Origin: an uncultured delta proteobacterium
GTDB taxonomy: Bacteria; Desulfobacterota; Desulfobaccia; Desulfobaccales; 0-14-0-80-60-11
DNA length: 64,000 nucleotides
Assembly (NCBI GenBank): GCA_963812015.1
Contig: CAWETI010000003.1
Location: 832,001-896,000, forward strand
Reading direction: 5' to 3'
This document shows positions 30,897 to 41,604 of this stretch, one piece after another. Under the pieces are notes generated by a model that saw only the letters and a program-made list of their open reading frames with translations, searched no databases and was not told the origin of the DNA. Every line of letters begins with the position of its first letter. The first letter of the stretch is position 1. Position numbers and translations under genes: made by a program.

Positions 30897-31959
30897 GATT
30901 GAGGTAGTACAGACCTTGTCCGGCCTGGCGGCCGTCCGCCACGAATGGGACAGGCTATGGCAAGAACTGGGGCAGCCCTCCCCTTATACGAGCTGGACCT
31001 GGCTCTGTGCCTGGGGGGAGGCCAACCGGATAGAACGGCGCCTGTTTATCCTGCTGGCCCGGGACGATGGCGGCACCCTGGTGGGCATCGCTCCCCTGCA
31101 ACGGGTTCCCCTGCCTATCCCAGGTCTCGGCGTCCTCACCTTCATCGGCCAGGAAACTTCGCTGAGCCCAGATTTTCTGGTCCAGGTGGGACGGGAGCGG
31201 GAGTTCTGCGAAGCGGTTTTACGGTATGTCTCCGGCAGGCGAAGCATCACAGGGGTGGTGCTAAAGATGGCCCAGCCATTGGGCGGGGCCGTCCCTTTGC
31301 TGGAGCAGTCCTTTGCTGAAAGATTTGGAGATGCGCTCATCGAGCAGTATTCCGTGCGGTCCATCGTGAAACTGCCGGAGAGCTACGAAGCCTTTCTGCA
31401 GACGCTCAGCCACGACATGCGCTTTAAGCTGCGCAAAGCCCGGAGAAAGCTGGCAGAAAAACATGCCCTGGAATTTCAGCACGATGGCGGAGAAGGAGAT
31501 TTCAACAACCGCCTAAATGAACTCTTTACCCTAAATGACCTACGCTGGGCTCAAAGCGGCGGCCGCAGGATATATGAAAGCCTCTACCCGCGCCTCCATG
31601 ATGCCGGCCTGATGAAGGTATTCTCGCTGAACGCCGATGGACGCCCGGCGGCGGGGCTGGGTGCGTTGATAACAAATAATAGTGTGCATGCGGAACTGGC
31701 CGGATTCGACTATGAGGTGGATGCTCGTCACTTGGGTAAGTGCTTTTACGGTCTGGTCATCGAATGGGCCATCCTGAACAACTACCGGTTTTTCGATTTC
31801 TCCAGCGGCAGCGAAGCATACAAGCTCTATTATAAACCACAGATTTTCCCAAAGTACCGAGTTACCATTACCAGTTCGGCTCTCGGGGCGTTCTTACTGA
31901 AAAAATTTCGGAGTCTGGGAAGGCGGATCAGGTGGTGGCGGGAGCCGGCCCTTTTATGA
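30871..31959 (+). CDS. GNAT-family acyltransferase (CelD/BcsL, Acetyltransf_6-like)
   Basis: EWDRL...SWTWL, LVGIAPL, YEAFLQTLS, FDFSSGSEAYK; start may be GTG 30886. Confidence 0.8.
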   Translation: MEKAIVVIKIEVVQTLSGLAAVRHEWDRLWQELGQPSPYTSWTWLCAWGEANRIERRLFILLARDDGGTLVGIAPLQRVPLPIPGLGVLTFIGQETSLSPDFLVQVGREREFCEAVLRYVSGRRSITGVVLKMAQPLGGAVPLLEQSFAERFGDALIEQYSVRSIVKLPESYEAFLQTLSHDMRFKLRKARRKLAEKHALEFQHDGGEGDFNNRLNELFTLNDLRWAQSGGRRIYESLYPRLHDAGLMKVFSLNADGRPAAGLGALITNNSVHAELAGFDYEVDARHLGKCFYGLVIEWAILNNYRFFDFSSGSEAYKLYYKPQIFPKYRVTITSSALGAFLLKKFRSLGRRIRWWREPALL

Positions 31960-33785
31960 CTTCACGAGTGAACCTCCTGCGCCCGGGAACCGCGACTTCC
32001 GAACTGCGAGTGCTGCTTCGCCAGCTATCGCTCCTCTGGAAGTTCGAGCTGAGGGAGCTGGCGCCGGAAGAAAGCACACTGCCAACTGAAGATAGGAGTC
32101 TCCTCATAGTCGACCTCGGTTCGGCGCCTGCCTTCTACCAGGAGGAGGTGGCCCGTCACGTGAAGGCCAGCTCGGCGCGGTCGCTGCTGTTTGCCACGCA
32201 GGCCGTTACCTTACAGCCGGCCCTGAAGGAGCTGTCCGGGGTGAACGCCGTGGTCTGGCAGGGCTATGATATCGACCTGAACGTGAGTATAGCGAGTAAT
32301 GATCCCCTGCTGCACGGCCTCGATGGGTCGTTGCGCCTTCTCAGGTTCAATAACGGTGCCGTTGGCGCCATCGAAACCGACAACGCCGCGATTTTACTAC
32401 GCGCCGACAACGGCATGAACCTGTTAACCCGACGGAGCGCCTGCTACACGGTGGCTTTGCCTGTCTGGCAATTTGGCGTGGTTTCCTTCCCCGCCTGGTT
32501 CAGGATAATGGAGAACGCTCTGTTTTTCAGCGACGGCGTGCCGCACACAGCCCCGGGACCTTACGTGGCCTTCCGTATCGACGATCTGCCCCTTACTGGA
32601 GAATCGTTTTTGAAGCAAGGTTATGCCGAGGCCAGGGCCTGTGGGGAAATCCGGGAAATCCAGGCCGGGCACCGCCTTTATGGGGCCAAAATGGAGTACA
32701 TGGTTTCATCTCATGCCATGACGTCCGAGGGGAAGCTCATAAATGCCACGGAACTGGCGCCCAAGGCATTCGGGTTGCTGCGGGAGCTCTATCAGCGGGG
32801 GGAGATCAACATCGGGGCGCACGGCCGCGCCCATCTAGATGTTTCAGAGTATCGCCGGACCCGCAAGTTAGTGCCCTACGAATTCGACGCCCTGGATAAG
32901 ACAGAGACGCGTGAAACTCTGAAGGGGTTAAAACAATGGCTCTCTGAGATGTTTGCGAAAACAAGGCAGGGTTTTGTGGCCCCGGCGTGGGGGTATAAAG
33001 AGGATGTGACTAAGCCCGAGGCAGCCAGCTTGTTCAGTTACATTGCCGACAGCAACCAGCATTTGCAACAGTCGGATTGCCAGGACCTATTCGGGACAAT
33101 ACGGACCGGCTGCGTGAGCCTGTTTGAAACCTGGCGCTCCGGGATGTCTGGCATCAGGATGACGGATAGTGACCTGTTCCGCGCCTACCTGGGGGCTGGT
33201 CTGCCGATTCATCTGATGCTGCATGGGCCTTTTTCACGAGACCCGCTGACCCGCGGACATAAAATTGTATTTCTGGGGTTTGCCTTCCTCTTTTTTGTGA
33301 CCCTGGATTTCTGGTTAGGATACAATTTTAATAGCAAATTGTTGCTGGTCTCTCTGTTACTACAGGTCGCGGCAATTCTTGTGGCACATGGAAACCGGCG
33401 TAATCTGGGATGGTGGCTGAGGTTAGCAATTTCACGTCTCGGCTTTGGCGAACCCTTGCGGCATCTGGCAAGGGTGGCATCTCAAGCAGGAGCAGAATGG
33501 ATTTTTTTGCAAGAGCTGGCCGACCACATGGCTGAATATGAGGCGCTGTCGGTACAGCCCATCACCGTAAAAGAAAATCACTCGAAGATTCGGCTCGTTT
33601 GTACCAGCCGGATTGCCCGGCCGGTGTCAATTCATTTTCCTGGCGCCGTGGCGCAGATAGCCGTCCAGCCCGAAGTCCCTATCCTGTCGATTACAGATAG
33701 CTTGGTGCGTCTGGGCCCGCTGGCAATTGGGACCTACGAGCTGTCAGCAGCCATGGAGGGAAGACCTCGTGCCGGCATATATTAA
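31956..33785 (+). CDS. Polysaccharide-deacetylase-like (DUF2334) protein with internal TM hairpin
   Basis: FRIDD, IGAHGRAH, YEF, GFVAPAW, LMLHG then two hydrophobic helices. Confidence 0.6.
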   Translation: MTSRVNLLRPGTATSELRVLLRQLSLLWKFELRELAPEESTLPTEDRSLLIVDLGSAPAFYQEEVARHVKASSARSLLFATQAVTLQPALKELSGVNAVVWQGYDIDLNVSIASNDPLLHGLDGSLRLLRFNNGAVGAIETDNAAILLRADNGMNLLTRRSACYTVALPVWQFGVVSFPAWFRIMENALFFSDGVPHTAPGPYVAFRIDDLPLTGESFLKQGYAEARACGEIREIQAGHRLYGAKMEYMVSSHAMTSEGKLINATELAPKAFGLLRELYQRGEINIGAHGRAHLDVSEYRRTRKLVPYEFDALDKTETRETLKGLKQWLSEMFAKTRQGFVAPAWGYKEDVTKPEAASLFSYIADSNQHLQQSDCQDLFGTIRTGCVSLFETWRSGMSGIRMTDSDLFRAYLGAGLPIHLMLHGPFSRDPLTRGHKIVFLGFAFLFFVTLDFWLGYNFNSKLLLVSLLLQVAAILVAHGNRRNLGWWLRLAISRLGFGEPLRHLARVASQAGAEWIFLQELADHMAEYEALSVQPITVKENHSKIRLVCTSRIARPVSIHFPGAVAQIAVQPEVPILSITDSLVRLGPLAIGTYELSAAMEGRPRAGIY

Positions 33786-34992
33786 TAATCCATATTTCAT
33801 CCTATTGTTGGCGGTCCTCGTCGCGGGCCTGAGCTATGTCATCCTGCGGCCCGAAGCCATCCCTGCCTTTCTTTTCCTGCTGCTTTCAGGCCTCGATGTG
33901 TTTTTAATTGAAGCGACCAATATCCAGCAGGTGCCACTCCTCAAGGCTATCATCCTGCCCGGACTGATGGTGGTGTTGCTGCTGCGTAAAATACAGTCCG
34001 GTGAAAAAATGCCCCTGGCTGGCTTTGTCTGGGTGATTAGCTACACTGCTTTTGTAATTTTTTCCTGTCTGATCAACGGGGCAGACATAAACAAGTACCG
34101 GTCTGCGTTCTCCGTCCTACTTCTCCCGCTAGTGGTGGCGCTATGTCCCAATAACGAAAAGACGGTGAAATATCTAACTATCGCCTTTGCAGTTTGGGGA
34201 CTTGCCAACTTTCTTACCATTCTGGCTACCTTGGCGGGACTTGGCTGGGCCAGGGGCCTGGTTACCGATGTTGACCTCGTGACCATCCGGCCGCATGGGT
34301 TGGAGAGACACTCGACAATAATGGGGATGTATTTTGTCATTTGCCTGAACGCAGTACATGTGCTCTTTTACCAAGCCAGAACTAGGTTCAGACACCTATT
34401 GCTGTTCGCCTTGGGAGCCTGTCTGGCCGTGGGACTATTTGCCACTATATCGGTCGCGGCATTGGCCAGCTGGGTGTGTTCATTTCTATTCATCCAGTAC
34501 CGGTTGCGCGGCATCAGATTGAACACTTTGATCGGCGTCGGAGCATGCGCGGTCGTCGTCTTCGGACTGATAGCTTTACCGAACCTGGATGCTTTGCTGG
34601 GGCGTATGACTTCATTGTTAACCGACGGGTCGGCCCGGGCGCGTGTGCCACTGCTGCAAATGGGAATGAGACTTTTCCTCACCAGTCCACTAGTAGGAGT
34701 AAGCCTGGGACAGGGGGGTAGGATGCACCTGGAAGCGCACAATACTTACATGCAGGTGCTGATGGAGGACGGTATCATCGGCTTCCTGCTGTTTGCCGGG
34801 GTGCTTTGGAAAGGGCTGAGCGGGCTGCGCCGGAGGGCCGGCCAGGACGAGCCCGCGGCGGTCTCCCCGGAAGCGGCCTATTATGTCGGCCTCGTCGGCA
34901 CGATGTTAGCGATTATGATAAATGGCCTGGCCCACTGCAATGACTATCTGATGCCGCTCTGGTTGATCCTGGGCATCGGTTTTATGGTATAA
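33769..34992 (+). CDS. O-antigen ligase / Wzy-like polymerase
   Basis: Multi-TM, SARAR, PLVGV, AHNTYMQVLMEDGIIG; GGAGG RBS before GTG. Confidence 0.8.
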   Translation: MPAYINNPYFILLLAVLVAGLSYVILRPEAIPAFLFLLLSGLDVFLIEATNIQQVPLLKAIILPGLMVVLLLRKIQSGEKMPLAGFVWVISYTAFVIFSCLINGADINKYRSAFSVLLLPLVVALCPNNEKTVKYLTIAFAVWGLANFLTILATLAGLGWARGLVTDVDLVTIRPHGLERHSTIMGMYFVICLNAVHVLFYQARTRFRHLLLFALGACLAVGLFATISVAALASWVCSFLFIQYRLRGIRLNTLIGVGACAVVVFGLIALPNLDALLGRMTSLLTDGSARARVPLLQMGMRLFLTSPLVGVSLGQGGRMHLEAHNTYMQVLMEDGIIGFLLFAGVLWKGLSGLRRRAGQDEPAAVSPEAAYYVGLVGTMLAIMINGLAHCNDYLMPLWLILGIGFMV

Positions 34993-34994
34993 CA

Positions 34995-36113
34995 ATGCCA
35001 CTCAGCGTCTGTTTCCTCTCAATGGGCGCCTACCCCACCTTGGTCGGGACTCTGCAGCCCTACGTGGGCGGCGCCGAGGTGCAGCAGGTCCTGATAGCCT
35101 GGTACCTGGCGCGGCGCGGTTATCAGGTGGCGTTCGTGACCCTGGACTTCGGCCAACCCGAGACGACAAAGGTTGACGGGATAACATGCTACAAGGCCTA
35201 TCGAACCGAGGCAGGTATTCCTTATCTGCGATTTTTCTACCCGCGTTGGACCAGCATCTGGGGCGCCTTACGCCGGGCCGATGCCGACATCTACTACCAG
35301 CGTTGCGCCGGCATGGAAACCGGCCTCCTAGCCGCCTTCTGTCGCCGCCATCACCGGAAGTTCGTGTTTGCTGCCGGTTCAGACACCGATTTCGACCTAA
35401 AGCGGGCCATGATCCCGACCTGGCGCGACCGACTGCTCTATATGTATGGCCTGCACGGCGCCGACGCCATCGTCACCCAAACCGAAAGGCAACGTGCCCT
35501 GTTGCGGCAAAACTTCGGACTCGAAGCGCAGCTGATCCCCAACTGCTGGGCCGAGGAGCTGACAGCCCCCAAAACGCTTGACGAACAGGACTGCGTACTG
35601 TGGGTGAGCACAGTGCGCATCTGGAAACGCCCGGGGCTATTCCTCGATCTGGCGGAGTGCCTGCCGAAGGTCCGATTTGTCATGGTGGGCGGTCCAGCAT
35701 TTGGAGAAGCTGTTCTATACGAACATATTGAGCAACGGGCCCGGAGAATCCCTAACCTGTCCTTTGTGGGGTTCGTGCCGTTCTACGAAGTCAGTCGTTA
35801 TTTTGACCGGGCGGCCCTGGTGGTCAATACTTCGGAACCCAAAGAAGGCTTCCCCAACACCTTTCTGCAGGCGTGGTGCCGCGGACTCCCGGTGGTGAGC
35901 TTCTTCGACCCCGACGGGATTATCCAACGGCAGCAGCTGGGGTTTGCCGTTAACAGCCTGGATACCATGCGTCATGGAGTGCTGAAGCTTTTGAACGACA
36001 CAGACCTATATGGGCAAATACAACGAAACGTCCTAAAGTATTTTCAAGCCAATCATCGCATTGAAAGGCTCGGACCGCGTTATGAAGCATTATTCAACGG
36101 ATTAATGAGATGA
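34995..36113 (+). CDS. Glycosyltransferase family 4
   Basis: GGAEVQ, WKRP, EGFPNTFLQAW. Confidence 0.88.
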   Translation: MPLSVCFLSMGAYPTLVGTLQPYVGGAEVQQVLIAWYLARRGYQVAFVTLDFGQPETTKVDGITCYKAYRTEAGIPYLRFFYPRWTSIWGALRRADADIYYQRCAGMETGLLAAFCRRHHRKFVFAAGSDTDFDLKRAMIPTWRDRLLYMYGLHGADAIVTQTERQRALLRQNFGLEAQLIPNCWAEELTAPKTLDEQDCVLWVSTVRIWKRPGLFLDLAECLPKVRFVMVGGPAFGEAVLYEHIEQRARRIPNLSFVGFVPFYEVSRYFDRAALVVNTSEPKEGFPNTFLQAWCRGLPVVSFFDPDGIIQRQQLGFAVNSLDTMRHGVLKLLNDTDLYGQIQRNVLKYFQANHRIERLGPRYEALFNGLMR

Positions 36114-37267
36114 AAAAGTCCCAACGGATCAGGGTGTTGCATCTGGTTCCTTCACTGGCGACGGGTGGAGCGGAAACCAACCTCCTCGCCCTACTGCGCC
36201 ACTTCGACCATGAGCGGTTTGAACACGCCGTGGGGTTCGGTGGTGGCGGGGTGCTGGAAACGGAATTCTCCAGGACCGACGGGCAAATGTTGCGGCTGTG
36301 GCCGCGGCTTATAGATCTGCGTTCGCTGCTGGCGCTACCCCTAATACTCAGGCGGATTGAAGGGTTTGTTCCTGACCTCATCCATTCTCACCTGGATATG
36401 ACCAGCTTACTGGGGTTGGCCGCCAAGTCTAGGCTGAAGTGCGGGCTGGTGCTCCATTTTCATGCATTTGGGATTGTACCTCAAAGAGACATGCCAGGCA
36501 GGAGCCCGAATTATTTGATCTGGAGATTACTAACCCGCACTTTTCGCTTTTGCGACCGGGCCATTGCCATCTGCTCTTATCAATTACCTTACCTTGACAG
36601 GCTGGGGATGCGCGGTGAACAGGTTGCCCTGATTCCCAACGGCATCACCCTGGAAGGCGCGTCAGAGACTGCAGCCAAAAAAATTGATGGTTACCAATTC
36701 GTTCACGTGGCCCGCTTTTCACCGGAAAAAGACCATAACTTGCTGGTAAGGGCATTCCACCGGGTCAGCCGCGAGCTACCCGAGGCCCGCCTGGTGCTGG
36801 TGGGTGACGGGCCGTTACACGTCGCCGTCGAACAGCAGGTGCAGGCGCTGGATTTGGCAGATAAGGTAACGTTCATGGGACTGCGGCGGGACGTACCGGA
36901 AATTCTGGCCGCCAGTCACTGTTTCGTACTGAGCTCCCGCTGGGAGCTGCAGCCGATAACCATACTCGAGGCCATGCGCGCCGGCCTGCCGGTGATCGCC
37001 ACCGCGGTGGGCGGCGTCGCCGATACGGTGGCAGACGGGCTCAGCGGCCTGCTGGTCAAGCCGGGCGACGAGGCCGGCCTGGCCGACGCCATGCTGGCCC
37101 TATGCACTCACCCGGAGCAAGGCATGGCTATGGGCGCCCACGGCCTACGCCTGGCCCGGGAAAAGTTTTCGAACACCCTCGTGGCAAAAAGAATCGAGGC
37201 TGAATATCTGAATATCTTGGGATTAGCCTCCCATGAAGAAACACGTCCTATCATCAAGCTGTCTTAG
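36110..37267 (+). CDS. Glycosyltransferase family 4
   Basis: GGAE, ARFSPEKD, SSRWELQPITILEAMRAGLPV. Confidence 0.9.
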   Translation: MKKSQRIRVLHLVPSLATGGAETNLLALLRHFDHERFEHAVGFGGGGVLETEFSRTDGQMLRLWPRLIDLRSLLALPLILRRIEGFVPDLIHSHLDMTSLLGLAAKSRLKCGLVLHFHAFGIVPQRDMPGRSPNYLIWRLLTRTFRFCDRAIAICSYQLPYLDRLGMRGEQVALIPNGITLEGASETAAKKIDGYQFVHVARFSPEKDHNLLVRAFHRVSRELPEARLVLVGDGPLHVAVEQQVQALDLADKVTFMGLRRDVPEILAASHCFVLSSRWELQPITILEAMRAGLPVIATAVGGVADTVADGLSGLLVKPGDEAGLADAMLALCTHPEQGMAMGAHGLRLAREKFSNTLVAKRIEAEYLNILGLASHEETRPIIKLS

Positions 37268-37287
37268 TCAGGATAACCGGAGGGGAA

Positions 37288-37520
37288 ATGGCAAGTAGAA
37301 AATTATCAGGACTGCTCGTAGTTTTTTCCGGTGCTTTTGCGGCTAGTCTTCTTTTCAACATCCTTTATGTGTCACCCGAAATAACTGGGGACGCCAAGGA
37401 TTACATCTTAATAGCCAATGGTCTCGCAAAAAATGGTTCCTGGCTCACTTTCGGGAGACCGCCGCTATTCCCCGTTGTATTGGCGATCTTGTCCAAACTC
37501 GGGTTCGGCTTATTTCAAAC
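37288..37520 (+). pseudogene. GT-C-type membrane protein N-terminus truncated by IS5-family element
   Basis: TM-GDAKDY..IANGL...RPPLFP pattern, broken at the IS end. Confidence 0.55.
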
Positions 37521-38878
37521 TAGCAGGATGTTGAAAAACCAAGGTAATTCAGCGGTGTCTCCTGTTTCGGGGCGGCTTTGGGACCCTTATGACGGGCAAA
37601 TTCGCTAATAAATCTGGGCCGTTTGCTCCTTCGATTGCCGCTTGCCGGGAGAATCGCCGTATTCTCAGTGTCTGTTTTGATTCAGGGAGAAACCGCCGCC
37701 GTCAGGGTGCGTATTCGCACCAGATTGTACGCCGCGGCCGTGAGGGTGAATACCCAGGCCACCCGCTCGGTTCCTCGGTGTGGGGTTTTCCTGAGATTGC
37801 CGACGGTTTTCATCCAGCCGAAGATTTCCTCCACCCGTTTGCGCAGGCGCTGACTGATGGCGTAGCCCGGGTGGCGGGTGGTGCGGCCGTCGATGGCCGA
37901 GTTCCTGCTCTTGCAGTTTTGGGCCACATGCGGCGCGGCATTCAGGACACGCAGCGATTGGACAAACTCCTGAGTATCATAAGCTTTATCACCGCCCACC
38001 GTAATGCGATGCCAGCCGGGAAAGTCGCCAACCATGCCCTCTGCCGCGTCCCGCTCGGCGGTGCCGGTAGCCGCAGTGAGGCGGGGAGTGATGATCAGGC
38101 CGTGACGGTTCTCCATCAGCACATGCCCCATGAAGCAGAGCTTGGCTTCTTTGCCTTTGCCCTTGCGGAAAAGCCGCGCCTCCGGGTCGGTGGTGGAGGC
38201 GTGGGTTTGGTTCAGGCGCCGTTCTCCATGAAAATCCACTTCCGGGTTGCGACCGCCGCCGCCCTCGGGAGGCGGGGCGTCCTTGGGGCGAAAACTCTTC
38301 AGGGAAGCCCAGGCCTCAATGAGGGTGCCGTCCACGGTGAAATGGTCGTCCGACAGCAGTCCGGCTTGGGCGGCTTGCGCTTTGATGCGCCCGAAAAAGG
38401 CCGCTGCCAGGTCCGAACCGAGAAAGCGCTCTTGATTCTTGGAAAAGACGGAATGGTCCCAGACCTTGTCGTCCATGGATAGACCAACAAACCAGCGAAA
38501 CAGGAGATTGTAATCCAACTGCTCCATCAACAGTCGTTCGCTGCGGATGGTGTAAAGGACTTGCAGCAACAAGGCGCGCAGCAGCTTCTCCGGCGGGATG
38601 GAGGGCCGTCCCTCGCTGGAATACATGGCCTGAAAATCACGGGACAAGTCAGCTAAGGCCTGGTTCACCATTTTCCGGATTGGCCGGAGAGGATGATCCT
38701 GAGGCACACGAGCTTCGGGGGAAAGGTAGCTGAACATGGCTTCCTGCTGCACATCGTCACCGCGCATAATCGCTGCCTCCGGATAACATATTGTTATCTT
38801 TAACTAAAACACTTTTTCGGCCTTATCGGCAGCGATTTTTGGGGTTCTCAAGAAAAGGGTTTTTCAACAGCCTGTTAA
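37521..38878 (-). mobile_element. IS5-family element, transposase 37682-38767
   Basis: GRPSIPPE, FRWFVG, TVDGTLI, GGDKAYD, RKRVEEIFGW; IRs TAGCAGGATGTTGAAAAACC / GGTTTTTCAACAGCCTGTTA. Confidence 0.9.
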
Positions 38879-39102
38879 AGCCGGGAGGAAAAGCTATTTT
38901 TCGAGGTGTAATAAAAATAAATATATTCTTACAATTGTTCCCAAACGTTACCCCAATGTGGCGAACTCCTGATGAGCATCCATTAACTAAGGATGATATA
39001 AAGATATTAGCAAATAATAAACACATTGTACCGCAACGGAAGAATTCACGAAAGAAACAAGTGGGTCTGCTCTTTTTAGGGAAAAGGCAAATATACTCAT
39101 GA
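38879..39102 (+). pseudogene. Methyltransferase C-terminal remnant
   Basis: LKPGGKAIF...RTPDEHPL. Confidence 0.45.
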
Positions 39103-40268
39103 GCGAGTGTCTATTCGTCGAGGCGTGTGATTTCATATCATATCCCCCAGGAGGCCAGCTTTCTTTTGCCCGCCAGATGATGTCTGCCTTCGGCAACAGG
39201 CTGGCTTTAGTCGGTATCAGTATAGATCAAACACCTTGTGGGCAATGGATAAAAAAGAGAATCGATGGAGTTGAATATGATTTCTTCGCGATAGGAAAAA
39301 GAGCGCCAATTACCAGGAGGCCGGTTATTCCACGCAGGCTCAGCGCTTTTCTGCAGCTCAAACTAAATAAGAAAAGTATACTCAGTCGTAGTCACAAAAA
39401 GGTTTTCATCAACTCTCCTGAAGCCGCTTTAGCCATGGTAGAATGGAGTTTTGAACAATCTTGCTACTGCTTTCACGGTGTAGAGAATCCGTTAGTTTTT
39501 TCCAGGTATAAAGTGGGGAGATTATTCGGTTCAGTATTTGAGCGGCTCCTTTTCAAAGCGGTTCTCAAAGCCGGTGTCGTTTTAGCATGCTCAGACGACA
39601 CGGAAGTGGCAACCCTGGTCGAGCGAAGCAAGGGAGTATTTACACAGGGCTCAATTGTTCCGTTCCCCACGAGGGTGGACACCTCGGTTTTTAGGCCTTT
39701 TGATATTAGCGAAGCTAGGGCCCGCCTGGGAATCACCATGCAAGAACCTGTGTTCGTGGTTTCCGGCAGATTGAATACCTACAAAGGGTGGCGTCTGGTA
39801 CTGGATGCTTTTGCTCTGTTTATTAAGCGGAAGAGGCATGGCCGGCTCATATTTGTAGGAGATGGAGAAGATCGTCACCTCTTAGAAGCTCAAATAGCCA
39901 TGATGGAACTCAAAGACCGAGTCAGGATAACAGGATTCGTGCCGCCATCAGAGGTCGTATGGTATCTGAATGCCGCAGATATATATGTGGTTGGCTCATT
40001 GAGGGAGGGCTGGTCTGTCGCCATGCTGGAAGCTTTAGCATGCGGCAAGATTATTGTCTCAACTGATGTGAGTGGAGCCAAAGAGATGGTGAGAGAGGGA
40101 GAGAACGGCCTGGTTATTCGCCAACGGGACCCTCATGCTTTTGCGCTCGGTATGGAGAAAGCGCTCATGCTGCCAGACGCGCAGAAAACCTCATTTTCAA
40201 TCGCTCATAAGTATTCCTTGGATGGTCTGAGGGCAGACATGGTAAAAGTTTGGCCCGCCTTGAGTTAG
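39099..40268 (+). CDS. Glycosyltransferase family 4
   Basis: GRLNTYKG, VGDGE, SLREGWSVAMLEALACG. Confidence 0.88.
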   Translation: MSECLFVEACDFISYPPGGQLSFARQMMSAFGNRLALVGISIDQTPCGQWIKKRIDGVEYDFFAIGKRAPITRRPVIPRRLSAFLQLKLNKKSILSRSHKKVFINSPEAALAMVEWSFEQSCYCFHGVENPLVFSRYKVGRLFGSVFERLLFKAVLKAGVVLACSDDTEVATLVERSKGVFTQGSIVPFPTRVDTSVFRPFDISEARARLGITMQEPVFVVSGRLNTYKGWRLVLDAFALFIKRKRHGRLIFVGDGEDRHLLEAQIAMMELKDRVRITGFVPPSEVVWYLNAADIYVVGSLREGWSVAMLEALACGKIIVSTDVSGAKEMVREGENGLVIRQRDPHAFALGMEKALMLPDAQKTSFSIAHKYSLDGLRADMVKVWPALS

Positions 40269-40294
40269 AGGAAAAGTGTTCCTAACAGGGCGCT

Positions 40295-41569
40295 ATGAAG
40301 GTTATCCTGGCTCACAACTACTATGGCTCCTCAGCCCCTAGCGGCGAGAACATGGTCTTCGAAGCAGAAGCTCAATTGCTACGCCAGCGGGGCCATACCG
40401 TGATTGAGTTAATCCGGCACAGCGACGAGATCCGTAGTCAGGGGGCGTGGGGAAGCATTCGAGGAGCCTTCAGCACACCCTGGAACCCCTTTAGTAAGCG
40501 GGAGGCAGAGAGGCTGATCAGGCGGGTGGCGCCGGATATTTTCCATGTGCATAACAGCTTTCCGCTTTTCTCACCCTCGGTGTTCTATGCTGCGAGGACG
40601 TCAGGAACCGCGAAGGTTTTGACCTTACACAACTTCCGGACTTATTGCGCCGCAGGCATACCGATGCGGGGCGAGAAGCCCTGCACGGATTGTATGGACA
40701 ATCGCAGTGTAAGACCAGCTCTCCGCCACCGGTGTTATCGGGGAAGCCTGGCGGCCACTCTCCCGATTGCGGCCATGATATGGCTGCACCGGCGACTGAA
40801 AACCTGGGAGTTGCAGATCGACGCTTTTATTGCGCTGACGGAGTTCCAGAAGAATATCCTTTGTGGCACCGGGCTCCCAAGAGAGCGGGTCTTCGTGAAG
40901 CCCAATTTCTACCCGAATCCTCCCGAACCCCTGCCCTGGAACGAGAGGGAGGCTAAGGTCATATTCATCGGGCGACTCGGTACCGAGAAAGGATGCCATA
41001 TTCTGATAGAGGCTTGGCGCCGCTGGGGGCCGGAGGCACCGCGGCTCGAGGTGATCGGTGATGGACCTGAGCGGCTGAGACTTGAGGAATTTGCAGCTGG
41101 GACCGGCTTATCTGAGAGAGTTGCTTTTCGGGGCCAGTTATCCTTAGAGGAAGTCCAGGAAAGTTTGGGAAGGGCGCGGCTGCTCGTCTTCCCGTCACTC
41201 TGGTTTGAGGGTTTCCCCATGGTTATCCTAGAGGCTTTTGCGCTCGGAGTTCCGGTGGCCGCTTCCAGGCTCGGCTCAATGCCCTGTTTGATTGACGAAG
41301 CAGTCTCAGGAACGCTTTTCGAGGCTGGAAACGCCGACGAACTCTTGCATAAAGTAAAAAAAGCCTGGGAGGTGCCCCAGAGGCTTGGAGCCTGGGGAGC
41401 GGCGGCGCGGAGGGAGTTTGAACGGAAGTTTACCGCCGAGGCCAACTACCAACTCCTCATACAGATCTATGAAGCAGCCATCGAGCACAAGAAGAAAAAG
41501 CTCTCCATGAGGAACTCTAAATATAGAGATAGCTCTTTGGTTGCATTCTATAACGGAAATGATTTATAA
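40295..41569 (+). CDS. Glycosyltransferase family 4
   Basis: HVHNSFP, TLHNFRTYC, GRLGTEKG, PSLWFEGFPMVILEAFALG. Confidence 0.9.
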   Translation: MKVILAHNYYGSSAPSGENMVFEAEAQLLRQRGHTVIELIRHSDEIRSQGAWGSIRGAFSTPWNPFSKREAERLIRRVAPDIFHVHNSFPLFSPSVFYAARTSGTAKVLTLHNFRTYCAAGIPMRGEKPCTDCMDNRSVRPALRHRCYRGSLAATLPIAAMIWLHRRLKTWELQIDAFIALTEFQKNILCGTGLPRERVFVKPNFYPNPPEPLPWNEREAKVIFIGRLGTEKGCHILIEAWRRWGPEAPRLEVIGDGPERLRLEEFAAGTGLSERVAFRGQLSLEEVQESLGRARLLVFPSLWFEGFPMVILEAFALGVPVAASRLGSMPCLIDEAVSGTLFEAGNADELLHKVKKAWEVPQRLGAWGAAARREFERKFTAEANYQLLIQIYEAAIEHKKKKLSMRNSKYRDSSLVAFYNGNDL

Positions 41570-41604
41570 AAATATCCACTGGCGAATACGGAGGTAACAG
41601 AAGA

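Noticed and set aside
30871..31959. GNAT using the island tRNA-Cys as aminoacyl donor (FemAB-like)
   Set aside because: Only distant fold-level analogy; the tRNA T-stem looks normal and nothing in the sequence links the two
37589..38482. 297-aa plus-strand ORF and similar long antisense ORFs (e.g. 53553-54524, 3931-4536)
   Set aside because: Shadows of transposase or integrase genes on the opposite strand in high-GC DNA
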